A DNA stretch of 64,000 bases, taken from positions 930,001 through 994,000 of the forward strand of contig MU006095.1 in the NCBI GenBank assembly GCA_010093705.1, in the 5' to 3' direction. A model generated the notes under the pieces. It did no database searches, was not told where the DNA came from, and worked only from the letters and a program-made list of their open reading frames with translations. The translations under genes were made by a program, and so were the position numbers. Shown piece after piece: positions 13,199 to 27,800 of this stretch. Position 1 is the stretch's first letter, and each line of letters opens with the position of its first letter. The stretch comes from Patellaria atrata CBS 101060 (taxonomy: Eukaryota).

Positions 13199-13993
13199 CT
13201 TGGATGATTCTACTGTGGGTTAAGAAAATGGGAAGTAGAATGTCTGTGTACAAGTGGCAGCAATGAGTAAGATTGCTTGCGCGTTGTGATGTTGCAGACC
13301 TGCTGCTCTCTTCGAACATTAAGTGAGCTCGTGCTTCGAGGTCTGATGACGCAGTTCAGGGAAGTGCAGGGGTATCGGATCGGGAATTCTAATTTAGGCA
13401 ATCTATCCATGGCTAAACCAAATAACCAGAATGCCACTGCAATTGAAGGATGTTGATATAATATCTAGGGAGCTGTTATTTTGACACCCTCTTTTTTATA
13501 CATTCCTTCCACTTGCAGGTTATAAACAAATAAACTGTGACTTCTTTTCGTATCCCAAAGACTCGTGGCCTAGTGGTGGGAAACTCCCACCACTACAATC
13601 AGGCCAAAACCAACCGGTCCAGAGGTCAAACCTGGGAGGGGGGGACGATGCCCTTAAGTAGAAGTACCACGCCGCTCGTCCAAATGGATAGGAGCGGGTG
13701 GGAACTTGTTTTGCTTTTTTCTTTTTTTCTTAAAAAAAGGTTTTCAGGCGCTTTTTAGAAAGGTGGTGTTAATATAGTAAGGAGGGATATCAAAAAAACA
13801 GCTCCCAAGATCTATTAGATAAGGTACTGATATTCTGTATACTCATACATCATCAATATTAAAACCAATACGTGAACTCGATACTCAAAGAACTCCTCGC
13901 TGAAAAGACTGGTATCTAAAAGAAATGCAACGAATAACGCCAGCTGCTATGATCAATCATATTTACAACAAAATGTTCCATTTATATCCTCCT

Positions 13994-15182
13994 CTATGCA
14001 TAAGGATCGGGTGTCCTCCAGTTTTTGTACAAGCAGCTACAAAGGCCCGTTGTCTCTGTTCCATTGATTTCGACAAAGTCTCCGAGCTCACCATTCTCGA
14101 CTTTGTAACAGTTTGGAACATCGGCACCGTTAGCGATAACCTGTTCTGCACGAACAGCAAAGGGCCACGCTGGATAAGCGTCATCGTCATCGAACATGCT
14201 CGAAGTTGGATAGTCTTTCGCCATCTTTGTGTAGAGATATCCTTGAAAAGTAGTGCCATTGAAGAAGCATTTGGTACTCGCACCATCACCAGTTATGGCT
14301 GTTCTTGGGACTACAACTTTGTCCATGGTCACCTGGAATCTGTATCTCTCGCTATCGCGGCCTTGGTCGAGTAACTTAAGAGGAGTTTTATTAAAAGTTA
14401 TAGAAAATGGATTCTGCGAAGACGAGATTTCATAACTGTCATCCGCAGCTGAGCTAATGATCCAGTTGAACGTCGCCATTGCGCCTTGCTGATTATCATT
14501 ATATGTAGTATAGGGAGGGCAGGTCCATGTTGAAGAATCCGATGTGCAGTTGGTTTGGACGGTATCAAGAAAAGTGACCATCGAGTATGATCCTTTAGGA
14601 AAATTAGAGCTTAAGGGGTTTGTAGAACCCGGCGTTCTGGTTGGAGATGGTATGCTTCGGCTTGGATCCAGACTTGAAGGGTCTTCCGTAGCTGATTGAG
14701 AATCACTTGTGGTCGAACTGTGGGTATATCAGTATCATAGATAAGTAATCGTTGAGTGCTCCTTACTTATCGCCTCCCTTCTTTTTGACAACGCCAACGA
14801 CGACTCCAACAACGACTGCTATGATGAGCGCAAGAAATACCAGGAGTATTATCAATAGTCTTTTCCAGCCACCTCGCTTGACAATGTGTTTATTATTTTT
14901 CCACCCAGTAAGCCCATCGCCCTTGAGGTATCCATCGGACCAGACACTGTAGGAATAACTCGAATTCGAATTGGAGTTATCCTCTAGGCTCTCTCGCGGG
15001 ATATCACCAACGATGAGTCCACTCTTCCGCATCGAATTACGGCCGGGACCCTTCAAAGTTCCAGGTGCAGCATCACTGCTCTCGAGAATGACAGACAACC
15101 TCTGTCCTGCCGGTGTCGATATACGTTTCTCAGCTGGAGGGGACTTCTTGGCCGGTTCCTTCACTTTGAATAGACTAGCCAT
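13994..15182 (-). CDS. Conserved fungal type II single-pass membrane protein of unknown function
   Basis: KRGGWKR plus hydrophobic TM segment, intron near 14720-14765, then Cys-containing extracellular domain (TWTCPPY..CSCLYKN). Confidence 0.75.
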
Positions 15183-16302
15183 GATAGCGACTATCCCGTC
15201 AGGCGTAGAATCAGCCGTGATGAGTCTCTATTAAAGAGCTTCGAGTCGAGAATAAACAAAGAAGCTCTCCACGTGCTCCTGGATTTTCGGTTTTCAGTCA
15301 AGCATAGCGAGTGACTTGATAGACCATGGCTTGTTAGAAGTAACAGGACGAGAAGGAGGAGCACATTGGTAGCAACGGGGCGTCCAAGCGTGTGGCATAC
15401 CGGTACTGTACTGCACATTAATTGGCACAAACCTAAAAGACGAAGCAGAAACAAAGTCGAAGGCGTAACTTTAGTTAGCTGCTACCTTAGTTACCTCTTA
15501 GATTAAGCCACCCTTGTTTTTTACAGGGCCAGCACGCGAGATCGCAGTTAGACAGACAAAATACAGCTAGATCGTGCACTTTGAAGTTAGTAAAGTTACA
15601 GAACTAGAACAGATCTGTACAGGTCTGAATCGAATTCGGACTGTTTGGCGAATCGTACGGGGTGGAGAGCGGGATTGCGAATCTATTAGGCTCTCCGTCT
15701 CAGAGTTGTCAGCCAAAACGACCCACCCATCAACGTTCAACAATAACTGTGGGATGATATAGTCAAGTGCTTAACGAATCGACAGAGAAGTCATTGTAGT
15801 AACACTCCGTCTTGCACTTAAGTTTACTGTGCTAAATTTGAATTCAATGGATGGAGTATCTCTCTAGAAGACATCGAAATGATTTCCTTAGTGCCACATG
15901 TTTTATTCCATCCAGAAGCTTTTCGTTCCTCATACATCAGTCAACACCACTATCGTTCGACGGTTATACACAAACTCTAGAACTTGACAAATTTGTGAAT
16001 TACATGATTCTGAGCGGGAACACATTTTCTCCCTTATACCCCTTTTTTGTATGCTCTGCATTGCTTAGTCCGGGTACGTTTAGATAACGTATGATCAGAT
16101 CATCTCATCGACCACAAGATTTGACTTCCTACCAAATAGAGGCCTTCTCGAGCACAAGAGTGCAGGTAACGCGTCTCTTTTTACTGTTATCTCATAAACG
16201 GGTCATTTTCACTTTTAATTCCAGCCATTACTTAACATGTTCCATCCAGCTTCGAACCCTTTCGAAAGCCTCTTTCACACTACAGAACTAAACACGACCG
16301 GA

Positions 16303-18506
16303 ATGATAATTGTACGCATCAATTCTGGTTCCGACGGGGATTCCACCCATCAACCAACTTCTAGCAGCATTACCCTCGTTGACCCACCGGGCATTTACCT
16401 GGAAAAGATCGCGACACTTTGGATGAAGGAGCAGAGAAGAGATCGTCCAGGTATAAGAACTCCCAGTATTATAAGAATGTCGAGCGTATGCTTCATAGCT
16501 AATCTCATTGGAAGATGTGACATACAGACTAGACAGGCTTCCAGCAGGCTATGCTTTGTACCAGAAACCGCGCCTTAACAATCCTAAACATGTAAGGTCT
16601 CTATCGCTATGTTTGAAAGTCGTTGCTCATGAATCATAGATGGACAAATGGTTGTACGGTCATCCAAGTCACAAAATTTTCGACTCCCCAAATAGATTTT
16701 TTCCCCATTTTCTATACCTGATGAAGAACAATGGCAGTAATATAGGCTGCCAATGCGATGTATGCCTCGCAACTGGTGGAGTGAAGCGTCCCAAAAAAAA
16801 CCCAAGTCCAGCAAGTTTAGCAATGAGTCAGACCATCACGCAAGATAATTCAACGGAAAAGGCTAAAGGTATGTCCGTAACTAATCATGAAGTGTGGGAA
16901 TGGGTTGAATAGCTAAATCTCAATCTACAAAGGACCTGGTCGAAGACGACCAAAACAGGCAGACTCTTTTGGCAAAGTTGACAATGAAGGCAACCCCGAC
17001 GTGTACCGCAATTCAATTGACAGACTAAAACGGCTAGGAGCTATTGACGAGCCAATACGTGAACCGATGAGTATGGACTGGAGGACGGAACGTGACCTAC
17101 TTCCTTCACTCCTATGGCAAATCTCGAAACAACCAGCTTGGATCCCGCGCATAGCTGAGCTCGTCTTGTATGTGCCTTTAATCCCAGCAGATCTTGAGAT
17201 ATGCTGGAATAAAGATGGTAACGACTATATGTTCTGGCACACTAAACAGAGGATGTGGTTAGGATATCCCCATTGGTGGGCCGGTGTAGTCGGGCAGACA
17301 GCCGACGAAGAGGTAGATATTGAAGACTTGGTGAAAGAAGGACCGAAACGGAAAGGCGTGAACTATTCTGGGTTTCGCATCGAGGCGTACCCGGACCCCA
17401 ACGACACACATAAAGACTTATCTAAGCAGTATAAATACGTTCCCCTCCACCACACAAGACCATTTGCATTTTACCGCAAGTTTCTTAAAGGCACCCCCCA
17501 GGAAAAATGGCATCCGACCATCAAGCACGCGTTTACTGTCGCTTCGTCGTTCTCATTGGTCGAGAAATTTCATTTTAGGGGCAACTGGCCATCGGCAATG
17601 GTATTTTGTAAGGGCATCTACATCGGCTCGGAGCTTGTAGTTATTGGGGATACGGTCCGTCTATGTCCACTACGGGAACAAACTCCACTACATGAACAGA
17701 CCCGTGTCACGGATATTCTTCATGTTACGGGTATATGTCTGAAGTTCTCAAATCTGGATAAAGCCAATGAGGACGATCATGATGGGGGACACCCGTATAA
17801 CACGACAGTGTATGTTATAGGCAAAGGTTTCACGCTGGACCCAAGCAGAGCACCCGGTGAGGTGCCAGTTGACTCAAGATCTAGTGTACTCTCGCCAAGT
17901 TTTGACGATTATGGCAACTGGTACCCTTTGCACAACCCGACCCAAAGCTTACAAGTTCCCTTTCATCGTGTGATAGGTCGTTGCTATGAAACTGAGGCAT
18001 TGACACTCTGGTTTCCACCGGAGAAAAACAAGGAGATGGATCTGGTCCTCAGACTGAGTGAAGGATTCGAAGGGGTCCAAAACGCGAGACGTTGGTCCTC
18101 CAGCAAAGACTTGCGAATTCTACATGGAAAGAGTTGGTACTGGGGCGATTCTCGAGTTGACTCACTAGATCTTGAAACAGTCAATGGGCAAACAGTCAGT
18201 CGCTTCGACCCCACGCGAGATCCTAAAACATGGAGAAAATACATCCGAGTTATCGAGGGTATTGCGGGAGCAGAGGATAAAGATGCGATCAGAAAGTCTA
18301 CTCTAGCAGAACGTCCGCTGCGTAAATTCAGTTTAACCAATAGTACCCTTGTACAAGCAGCGCAGGATGCTGATGAGGAGGTTGAAGAGCTGGAGATTGT
18401 GGAGAAACGAGCAAATTCAACTGGCGAGGAGAGTGCTGACGAGCTTCAGATAGGGAATGTTGTGGCCACTCCAAAGCGACAACGAGTGGAGATAGTCATC
18501 GACTAA
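16303..18506 (+). CDS. clr2: Cryptic loci regulator 2 (Clr2, SHREC complex) homolog; start may be further upstream
   Basis: SDGD N-terminus, DKWLYGHPSHKIFDSPNRFFPHFLYLM..CQCDVC, IYIGSELVVIGDTVRL; three introns. Confidence 0.82.
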
Positions 18507-19086
18507 ATTCTGAGAATGATGAGGTGGGAGTCTTATCGATTTCCCAGCCTCCTCAATTTTGTACACTACTATACTAGGAAAGATGCGAAAATGAAACTTG
18601 GGTGCTGGTTGAATGCAGGAGTTGACGCACAATGAAGTCAGTCTTTATCCTCGAGGTGGCTGGGGTAATGAACAAGAGTCGGTCAATATCAAATCAGAAT
18701 TCTTAACGACACCTTTTGACACAACTGTACATGATGTTCATATCTAGGATAAATTATACTCACCATGTTATACCGTATTCCGTACAAACACAGTATTTTG
18801 ACAAACTGGTGCTAGTACAGATGTAGGTTTGTATGCAAGGCACCCGGCAAAACAGGAAAGCAACCCCCCAGGGACGCGTGACCGAAGCGGACGAACAACC
18901 AACCACTTCGCCTCTATGCTATACAGAGGTTGATTACCTCACAGTCATCGAAGACCGGTACCTAGAACCTACCTCACTCTCCTCTTTCTTCTTCCTTCTT
19001 ATTAATGTCTAGTATTATGGTTCGCACACATCACAAATCCCAAACTTCGCGCTCTAAGTTTCTAACGTCGCGCGTATACCTCCGAC

Positions 19087-21643
19087 ATGGAACAACATTC
19101 CGCGCAACCGCGATGTTGCTGCGGGAATGAAGATTGCCCATATATCGTCAGTAATGGAAAGCTTCTGGAAGGTCTAGAACAGGATGTACAGACTGCTGCA
19201 CAACTAGGGCAGGTCAGTCTCTTTCTTTCCTATATATTTGTGAATAACACGTCCCGTTATCTACATGGCATCAGCTATACATGATGGCTTGAGAATAGCT
19301 CTTCCTCCACTGTGCACTGAGTCCTACATTTCTCCACTAACTTGGTCGCTACAGGCTCTCCTTTTACGCCATGAATCATGCATGGCAGAGTCCGAAAAAG
19401 AAAGAGAGCTTATGACCACGAGTATCGAAAGGCTCGAAGAAGAAAAGAGAGACTTAGAGATCCGGAATGCGCGAACTATAGAAGAGAACCGATCACTGCT
19501 AGATCAACTTGAAGGTCTCAACAACGCCGTGGCAGAATCCGACGAGCATATCAAAGCTCTTGAGGCAACACTCCACGCTACGCAACTTGAACTACAAAGG
19601 TTGACGGTTTTGGCTGCGCGAACAGAGAGTCTAGAAAAACAATTGACGGATCTTGAGAACGAGCAAGCACAGCTTCAGAATTCCTTTGTGGATTCTGTTG
19701 AAGCGGAGCGAAGTGCTATACAGCGTTGGCGAAGAGCAGAACGGACCATCGTAGAATTGCAAGATCAAATAGATCGGATTGAAAAGGAAGCAAGAGAAGA
19801 TAGGGAACGTCATGTCGAGGTCGTCGGCCGTATGGAAAGAAGACGAGCTGTGGAACGTGAATTAGAAACAGCTGCTGGACGATTAAAGGGTACCGCCGCA
19901 GCAAAAACATCCGGGCGGGATAAGAATGGCAGCAACGTTGTCTCGCATTTTGTCAAGGATATTCTACAGGATAACGCGAACTTACAGCTTGGGATTGTGG
20001 AGCTAAGAGAGATGTTAATGAATTCTAATGAGATGGTGGAAAAGTTAAGGGAACAGTTGACCCTTCATCGACCCTTGGAGGACGAGTTGGAAGGAACCAA
20101 AACACCGACATTACGCGCCGAGATGGAAAAAGAAGAGAAGCCGGTACGGAATTCTGAGGTACACTTTCACCATCATTATCATGTGCCTACTGCTCTTGAG
20201 GGAACCGTCAGGAACAGTAAGACGGTTGTACCTCGTAGAGTCAAGAAGAGAAGGAACATCATTACACCTGGCCACTTTACACCTCCGCTCTCTGGTCGCC
20301 ATACTCCACGTTCCTCTATATCTAAGCTCCAACCTCCTACACCTTCATCTACAGCGGCGATCCTTTCTCAAACCTCTGTTACGATACCGCAACCGCAAAA
20401 ACGATCCAATCGTTGGTCAGTCCAGTCTAATCAAACTGCAATATCCGCTCTTTCCTCTGTTCCTAGCAGTCCTTATTCAAACTCCCATCGAACATCGTCT
20501 ATCTTCGACCGTGTATTCAGCGATAGAGGAATGGAGTCTTCCCGACCTACAAGTCCAGAAAGTAACGATCCTGGGTCACCGTTGTTTGTTCCTATAGAGG
20601 AACAAAGAAGTACAGCTGAAACCCCACGGCGCAGTATATCAACTCCAGCAGCTTTTATCCCGCTTGGAAAAAGTACGCCTTTTCCGTCTACTAGCATTTC
20701 CGATATTACGTTCGGTGCAACCTCGAATCTAGACCCAGATCTTGCCAAAGTAGAAACAATGTTCGACCGGGATGTTCCAGAATTAAATCTACTACCAAGT
20801 GGACACCCCACAATTCCAGAGGAGAACGAATCAAATATAGACCCACTCTCGTCTCCATCACTACTTTCCCCTGGCTCCACAACCGACAATGATGTGGAAT
20901 CCCTTTATACCCCTCTCACGCACCATCAAGAGACCTTTAACCATCGTTCTATGTTACGCCGTGCTACCTCCCATGAGTCCATTCTCTCGGTAACAGGGAT
21001 GGATATTCATCAACACGTCCCAACCCTGAGATCCCGACCATCGCAGTTACTAGCTCCCGGTGGCTTGTATGGATCACCGTCGACGTCTCTTGCTGAAAGT
21101 CAGGCCGTCTTGAGCAATGTCACAGCTTTAGGGATGAGCCTTGGTGGAGAAAGCCGGGATCTCAATCGTCAACTTCTGAAAGGCATGGCTGCCGATCAAC
21201 GACGCCCGCGGAGAGTAAGTGTTGATATGAGTAGCTCCAATAAAGAGACGTTTGGGAAGAAAGTAGGTGGTTGGGTATGGGGACGCTGGGGTGTTACGCC
21301 CTCTTCTTCCACACCATCGTCTCCTGTGGAAGTCAGTAGTGATAGGAGAAAAAGTGCGAATTCATTGCAGTCAGATTCAACTAAAAGAGACGGGACACTA
21401 CACCCTTCATCGGCGGTATCGATTCCCGGTGGTTCGCGATCTACTGTTCGTTCAAACGGAACGAAAGATCTTCAATACTCCTCTACACCTAACATGATGA
21501 AGCTCCGTGCCCCTGGCGTTAACCAGTCAGGGCCTATTTTTGGGTTTCCGAAAGAACCTAAGACGCCGTTCAAGGTCATCGTGGAGGATATAGATCGGGA
21601 AGCGTTGGTGGAAGGTTTAGCTGAGGGGTTGACAGAAAGATGA
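19087..21643 (+). CDS. Conserved fungal coiled-coil protein of unknown function
   Basis: Exon 1 RCCCG..C..LEQDVQTAAQLGQ spliced to ALLLRHE; long coiled coil, HFHHHYH motif, Ser/Pro-rich tail. Confidence 0.8.
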
Positions 21644-22823
21644 CCAATACTCAGGCGTACACTCTTTTTAAGCGTTTTTTATCGTTATGGGTACTGTACA
21701 ATTGTGCTTATACTTAGAATACCCTGGGCTCGTTGGTCATTCTAGGATTTAATAGAAGTTCACATCATTTGGGGATATCTAAGATAGAATATAATTTTAG
21801 ATTAACGACATCGTTCGTTCTGTATAAATTAATTATGTCCACCTTCACTGATATGTATGTCCTTTCGATAACTTAGTGAGATTATAAACGTCGATGGTTT
21901 CTACAATTTCTTACCTAAGCTCAAGGTTCGGCTCCCTTCCCGACTTACCTTTCAGAACATTCATTCTTCTTCCTCACCAACTCAGCCAACTCTACTAAAT
22001 ACGACGTTGTGAGCATCAGATGACCTATAATAGCAAGCTCTATTAACATTTCGGAGTATGAGCGAATTATTCCGTAGTGACACTAGCTGACTGAACGATT
22101 GAGGTACAATTAAGGTTCAATTAAGAACACTCTCCAAAGCCTGTTTCAGAACGTTCAGAAAAGCAGGCCACCAGGAAGAGCCGGGAATTTATCAAAGGAT
22201 TTGTGAGGCAATTATATAAAACCTGGGGATTCTGGTGTATTCTATTGTTCCTGGATCCGACGCCCCCGTCCTCATATCATAAAACGCCTCTGAGGTCAAT
22301 TAATAGAGATTACCTCCTCAGTTCAACATCGTTTCCAGGGGATACCCTAGGTTGACAATATCACCAGGACGTACAAATCTTTAATCCCATTCTTCTAGAA
22401 GTCATCCTGCCCACATAAACCGCTTTTTATACACGGCCATGGGTAATAATATCTTGATATAGGGAGTCGGTGTCTTCTTGTCCGAATCTAAGGTCGAAAG
22501 AGGGCTTCGATTTTCAAGACTGGATATCATCTTTCAGAAATTGGTTCAAGTGCATTTTGTTCTTGTCGAAATATATTATGAACTAGTATTCTTCCCCGCA
22601 ATTCATTCGTTTCGTTCACACGTCTTTCATAGCATCCCGGCAAGGCCTACCTAATTTCCCTCCTATAGTTGAGACGTTTTGATCACCCTTACCATCAAAT
22701 ACGCCACAGCGTGGATTTCAGTACGGAGATTATCTGTAAAGCTGGCAATACAAAATAGTATATCCCCACCATGGCGCAGTGTAAGTCGAATCTCTCTAGT
22801 CCAGCCTTGCGATTCTCTTCATC

Positions 22824-23873
22824 ATGCGTCCCCTTCTTCTCATTCCGCTCTTTACTGCTGCGGTACACGCTGCTCTAGCGTGGAAGGGTGTCGACTGGTC
22901 CTCCACAATACTCCAAGAATCCCAAGGTAGGAGTTGGAAGAGTTCAAATGGACAAACACAACCTCTAGAGACGATCCTCAAGGACGCGGGAGTAAACACC
23001 GTCCGCCAGCGCATCTGGGTCAACCCTTCCGGTGGCACATACAACCTCGACTACAATATCCGACTCGGCAAACGTGCCAAAGCAGCCGGTCTCGCCATCT
23101 ACCTCGACTTCCACTACGCAGACGACTGGGCGGATCCCGGAAAGCAGCCCACACCTGCAGCGTGGAGGAATTACAACATTGACGACCTGACATGGAAAAT
23201 ATACAACTACACCAAAGAAGTGATGGACGGCTTCCAGTCTAACGGTCTCGCTCTCCCCATCGTCTCTATCGGCAATGAAATCCGCAACGGTCTGCTCTGG
23301 CCCCTCGGCAAGCTCGACCAGAACCCCTACAACACCGCACGACTCCTGCACTCGGCATCCGCAGCGATCAAAGACTCGACCATCTCCCCCAAACCCCGCA
23401 TCATGTTGCACATCGACAACGGCTGGGACTGGGGCCTGCAGCAATGGTGGTACGACACGGTGCTCAAGCAGGGCCCGCTCGTCGCCTCCGACTACGACAT
23501 CCAGGGCGTGTCGTACTACCCCTTCTACAACGAGAAAGCGACGCTCGCGAGCCTCCAGTCCTCCCTCCGCCAGATGAAGAGTAAGTACAACAAGGCGATC
23601 CAGGTCGTCGAGACGAACTGGCCGACCTCGTGCTCGAACCCGAGCCGCCCGTTCCCTGCAGACGTGAAGAATATACCCTTCAGCGTGGAGGGACAGAGGC
23701 AGTGGATGCAGAAGGTTGCTGCGGCGACGAGCGCAGCGGGTGGAGAAGGACTGTTCTATTGGGAGCCGGCATGGATCGATAATGCCGGGTTGGGCAGCAG
23801 CTGTGGGTGGAATCTCATGGTTGATAATCAGGGGAGGGATATGGGGAGTTTGAATGTGTTTCAGCAGATTTGA
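22824..23873 (+). CDS. galA: Arabinogalactan endo-beta-1,4-galactanase, GH53, secreted, intronless
   Basis: Signal peptide, KGVDWSS, DFHYADDWADPGKQ, SIGNEI (acid/base), VETNWP (nucleophile), GLFYWEPAW. Confidence 0.95.
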   Translation: MRPLLLIPLFTAAVHAALAWKGVDWSSTILQESQGRSWKSSNGQTQPLETILKDAGVNTVRQRIWVNPSGGTYNLDYNIRLGKRAKAAGLAIYLDFHYADDWADPGKQPTPAAWRNYNIDDLTWKIYNYTKEVMDGFQSNGLALPIVSIGNEIRNGLLWPLGKLDQNPYNTARLLHSASAAIKDSTISPKPRIMLHIDNGWDWGLQQWWYDTVLKQGPLVASDYDIQGVSYYPFYNEKATLASLQSSLRQMKSKYNKAIQVVETNWPTSCSNPSRPFPADVKNIPFSVEGQRQWMQKVAAATSAAGGEGLFYWEPAWIDNAGLGSSCGWNLMVDNQGRDMGSLNVFQQI

Positions 23874-24249
23874 AAAATCCACTTTCATACAAAAGCAGCA
23901 ACATATCTTATAGCTTTACACTTCGTATAACTTCACATACGAGGATCATCCCTTACATATCTGAGACCTGGTCGTGAACCCTTTTTCTGTGCCCAAGGCT
24001 GAATAGACCTATGACGTAGCGCCGATCATACCATAAATAAACTCCCTCCTCACTATTATTCCCGCCGTACCATCCCATTCTCAACAAATCTACAAACTCA
24101 AACCTTACAACAAAACCCATAAAACCTCAACATCCAAAATCCATATCCTCAAACCCCATAAGTACATCCACCCCTCCCCCACCAACACCAAAACCAAACC
24201 TCCAAAAAGGAAACTACAACCTAACCCCCTCCCCACCCAGAACAAAACC

Positions 24250-24507
24250 ATGCCCACCAACGAAAACCCACTCACATCCGGCATCAAAGTCGTGACGAGC
24301 ACAGTCGGCAACACAGCCGCAGGCCTCACGAACACGGTGGGCGGCATAGTCGGCGCAACGGGACGGGGACTCGGGGAGACGATCGAAGGCGCTACTGGAA
24401 ACGCCGGGAAGGGTGTTGCGAGGGGGGTCGCGGACGTGGGGAATGGGGTTGAGGATGCGGGGAGGGATGTCGCCGGGGCGGTGAAGAGGGCTGGGGAGGG
24501 GCGGTAG
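24250..24507 (+). CDS. Small Gly-rich amphipathic-repeat protein (85 aa), unknown function
   Basis: Good start context (AAAACCATG), C/A-rich leader, repetitive VGNTAAGLTNTVGG..GLGETI..GVADVGNGV. Confidence 0.7.
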   Translation: MPTNENPLTSGIKVVTSTVGNTAAGLTNTVGGIVGATGRGLGETIEGATGNAGKGVARGVADVGNGVEDAGRDVAGAVKRAGEGR

Positions 24508-24846
24508 GGGTTTTTTAGGATGGTATTAAGGGGGGAAGTTGCATGTTTGGTAGTTCTAGGGGGATTTTATATTGTTGTTATGGTTGAACGTTTTGCGATT
24601 GTTTTATTGAACTAGCCAATCGTTTCCTTTCGTATATCCTACTTGTACGATGGAAAACGGAGAGACGGATAACGCTGTTGGAGTGATACAATGTGATTTT
24701 CGTGCCTTTATTCAAACCACAAACTCCCATAGCCGGTCCATCATAAGTAGGGATATCAATGTTAGCTTTTTAGAAACTTTCAGAGGGAAAGTTGTGACTC
24801 TAAGCCCCAATATACCTCTAAACTCCGATATCCGCGCAAAGAGAGC

Positions 24847-27800
24847 TCAAAGGAAGAACCGAAACATCTTACTGCGAGATTTAGTCAATCCTTTTGACTT
24901 TCCCGTAGACAACTTAGATTGCTGGCTCGGGGTATCCCGCTCCTCGATCTTGAGCGGTTTCTGCTGCTCCTTGAAATCGATCGTTGTCGCCTTCTTCAAT
25001 CCAGGCTCAGTCATATCCTTCGGTTGCTTCTGTTCCTGCACGACTTTAAGCGCTTTCGGATCCTCCTTCTTCCTTGGATCAGGGGTGGGTAAACGTTCCT
25101 TTTTCGGCGCTACTTGCGCCGCATCTTTTGACAGGGCAGGAGATGGACTACTCCTCTGCTCAATCCCCAAGGACCGATTCGTATACTTCTTGAGTCTATT
25201 CCTCTGATCCCTTTGCAGATCAAAATCAGCTGGCAGAAACGCCGACGGCGAATTGTGAAAATCCACAGGTTTGGTCCGAGCTGGTTGCGCCTCATGATGT
25301 GAGTGCCGTTTACTGCTCGACAGATTCTGGGACTTTCTTCGGTCGTACGAGTTCTCGGACCGCATGCTGCTGTAGCTCGCAGATCTCTTGGTGAAAGAGC
25401 TTGTGATGCTCGCCATACTCAGCTTTCGCATCACCGAGTTCGCTGACGCCCGGATGGGGTTGTCGGGACGCTTCGGTGCCATTGCAGGATATGGTAGCAC
25501 ATCTTTGGTCCAGACATCTGCTAGTGATGTCTCTAGACGTGTCCGTTCGGCCCGACGGGGGGCTAATGTAGGGACATGTGCCGGCGAGAGGTGCGATTGA
25601 GAACGGTTTACTGAAAGAGAGTTTGTGGGACTGGAGTTGATGTTCTGTGCGTGGGTGTTTTTAATAATAACTTGATTTTTAGTTCCCTTGGGTCCTAACG
25701 TCGATGCTCGTTGCATCGAGAGTCGTCTTGTGAAGTTCCCGAATTGACCGTAAATAGAGCCGATTGGTTTCAAGGTTGATATTAGTGTAGACTGAAAATC
25801 TTGAGTGGCGGTACGACAATTAGAAGAATCGCGATTTTCGACACTGATACGTTCAGCTAAATGGGATTTCCATTGCTCCTCTTCCTTTGCTGAACAGCCA
25901 CTCAATATAAGCTCAAACAGCCGATTACTGGACTCAAAAACCAGCTTCCACGTGAATGGGGCTGTATGACACTGTAATCCTATAGCCAATTAGCTATTGA
26001 AGATACAAATGCTACGGAAATGAGTGTAGTGTTGAAACTATTGAGGACACTTTACATACCCTTACCATTATCAGAGTCTTCAATTGATGCGTTTGCAAGA
26101 CGAATTCCCGCAACCACAGTATAGCAGTGCGTCCGTTTTGATGCTGTTGCAAGTATGAGGCGCGATTTGTAGAGTATGCAGACCATATATTGCCCTTTGG
26201 TCTTTTCTACTGTTTGATATGCAACATGTAGGACGCCACATAGAATAACGTGGCCCAAGGTCCGCAAAATCACAGCCGGAGAGGTAGTCTACGAGTGAAT
26301 ATATCAGTACAATACAACGATTTAGGATCGCTGTCATTGGGAGCTTACAGAATCTTCAATAATAAGCCGGTCTTGAAGCAGCCAAGTGGTCTCGATTAGT
26401 CTCCGCGTCTTCGGGTCATCTGTGGCTTTGTCAATCTCGTTCGTTATCTCCTGGAAGCGAGATAACGTCTTATCCAGTTCTGTGTGCGCTTCCGGGTCAT
26501 CACAAACAGGAGTTTGCTTAAGCAAGTCGTTAAGTAAAAGCGGATACCGACAAACCCTCTGTATTGGCTACAAAGGTCAGAATATTGAAAGTGAAACGAG
26601 AGGAACACTAACCTTAATAAGTAAATCGGCGAATGTAAGCCCTCGCTTGCCGGAAGAAGCTTTGATATATGCTGGATTCAATGAATTCGAGAGTGCTTCG
26701 ATTCCTTTCTCGTATGAATGCCATGTTGGTATAAGCTTATGTGTAGATTCAAGGTCTTGTAACATAGTCTCATATTGAGCACCGTAAGCTTCGTATGCGA
26801 AGAAACGGTTCGTCTAGAATCTTTAGTTAAGCTCGTTAAGAGAACTTGTTGGGATTACCGACAAATCTGCCAAAAACTCTTGCCACATCTCTTACGGTCT
26901 TTGTATCGGCAGTATCTCCTATTCGCGGAGGGCCAGCCAATCCTCCACCATCTAAGGAATGTCGGTGCTTCATTCTAACCTTTTTGGCCGGCGAGCGGTA
27001 AGGAATGACATCACTGCGCCAGCGTGTATGCTTAGGCCTCGGGGTCGAGGAGAACTGTTTAGTTTCATGCATCGTATATTCGGAATGAGGCACTGCTTTT
27101 TGTAGTTCACCTAAAAGCTCTTCATGTAAGTCTAAAATCTGTGCCATGCTCCGTTGAATGCAGAGGCGGTCCCAGGTCGTCGACGAGATGACAGTTGCTA
27201 ATAGCGTGAAGTACACCTGTCATTCTAGTAAGCGTAGTTCTCATTATCCAAATCAATCGAGCTCACATTCACTAAAACTTTGAGATCTCCGATATACCCC
27301 TCTTCAGAAGCGATCAGCTCTTCCAAGATCTTCCTTCTCTTTATAGATCTTCCCCAAGCTGCTTCGTCTAAGATGTGCCCTACAGACGCTGCGGCGCTGT
27401 CCATTGACAGGCGAACTTCGGAGAAACCACTACTTCTGTTGTCACTTCTCACATACCCAGTTCTACCTGTTCTTCGAGAGAATGGTCCAAGGCTTGTACT
27501 TGCTAGTGTTATCGAGGCAGATTTAACAGCAGTAACGAAAGCGAGAGACGAAGTAAAAGAACCAGACTTTCTATGCCTCCGATATTCAGAACTCACAGTT
27601 CGGAGATGAGGTTTGCCACTAGTCAGTGCTTGATGTTCATAGGTACTCGGTTTATTGGGGGGAACGGGTTCTTGTAACTGTCGTGTATTCCTTTTCCGCA
27701 AAATGCTTATCCAGCGCTTGAAAGGGACGGGATCATTGTTAGGCTGAGTATTGACTGGTAATACTAGCTCTTCTTTCTCGAAATCTATAGTGGTTATACC

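Noticed and set aside
22824..23873. Bacterial horizontal transfer of intronless GH53
   Set aside because: The protein has typical fungal GH53 features (GVDWSS, compact size); lack of introns alone is not evidence.
22965..23888. 307-aa antisense ORF over GH53
   Set aside because: By-product of high GC3 codon bias of the sense gene; no recognisable motifs.
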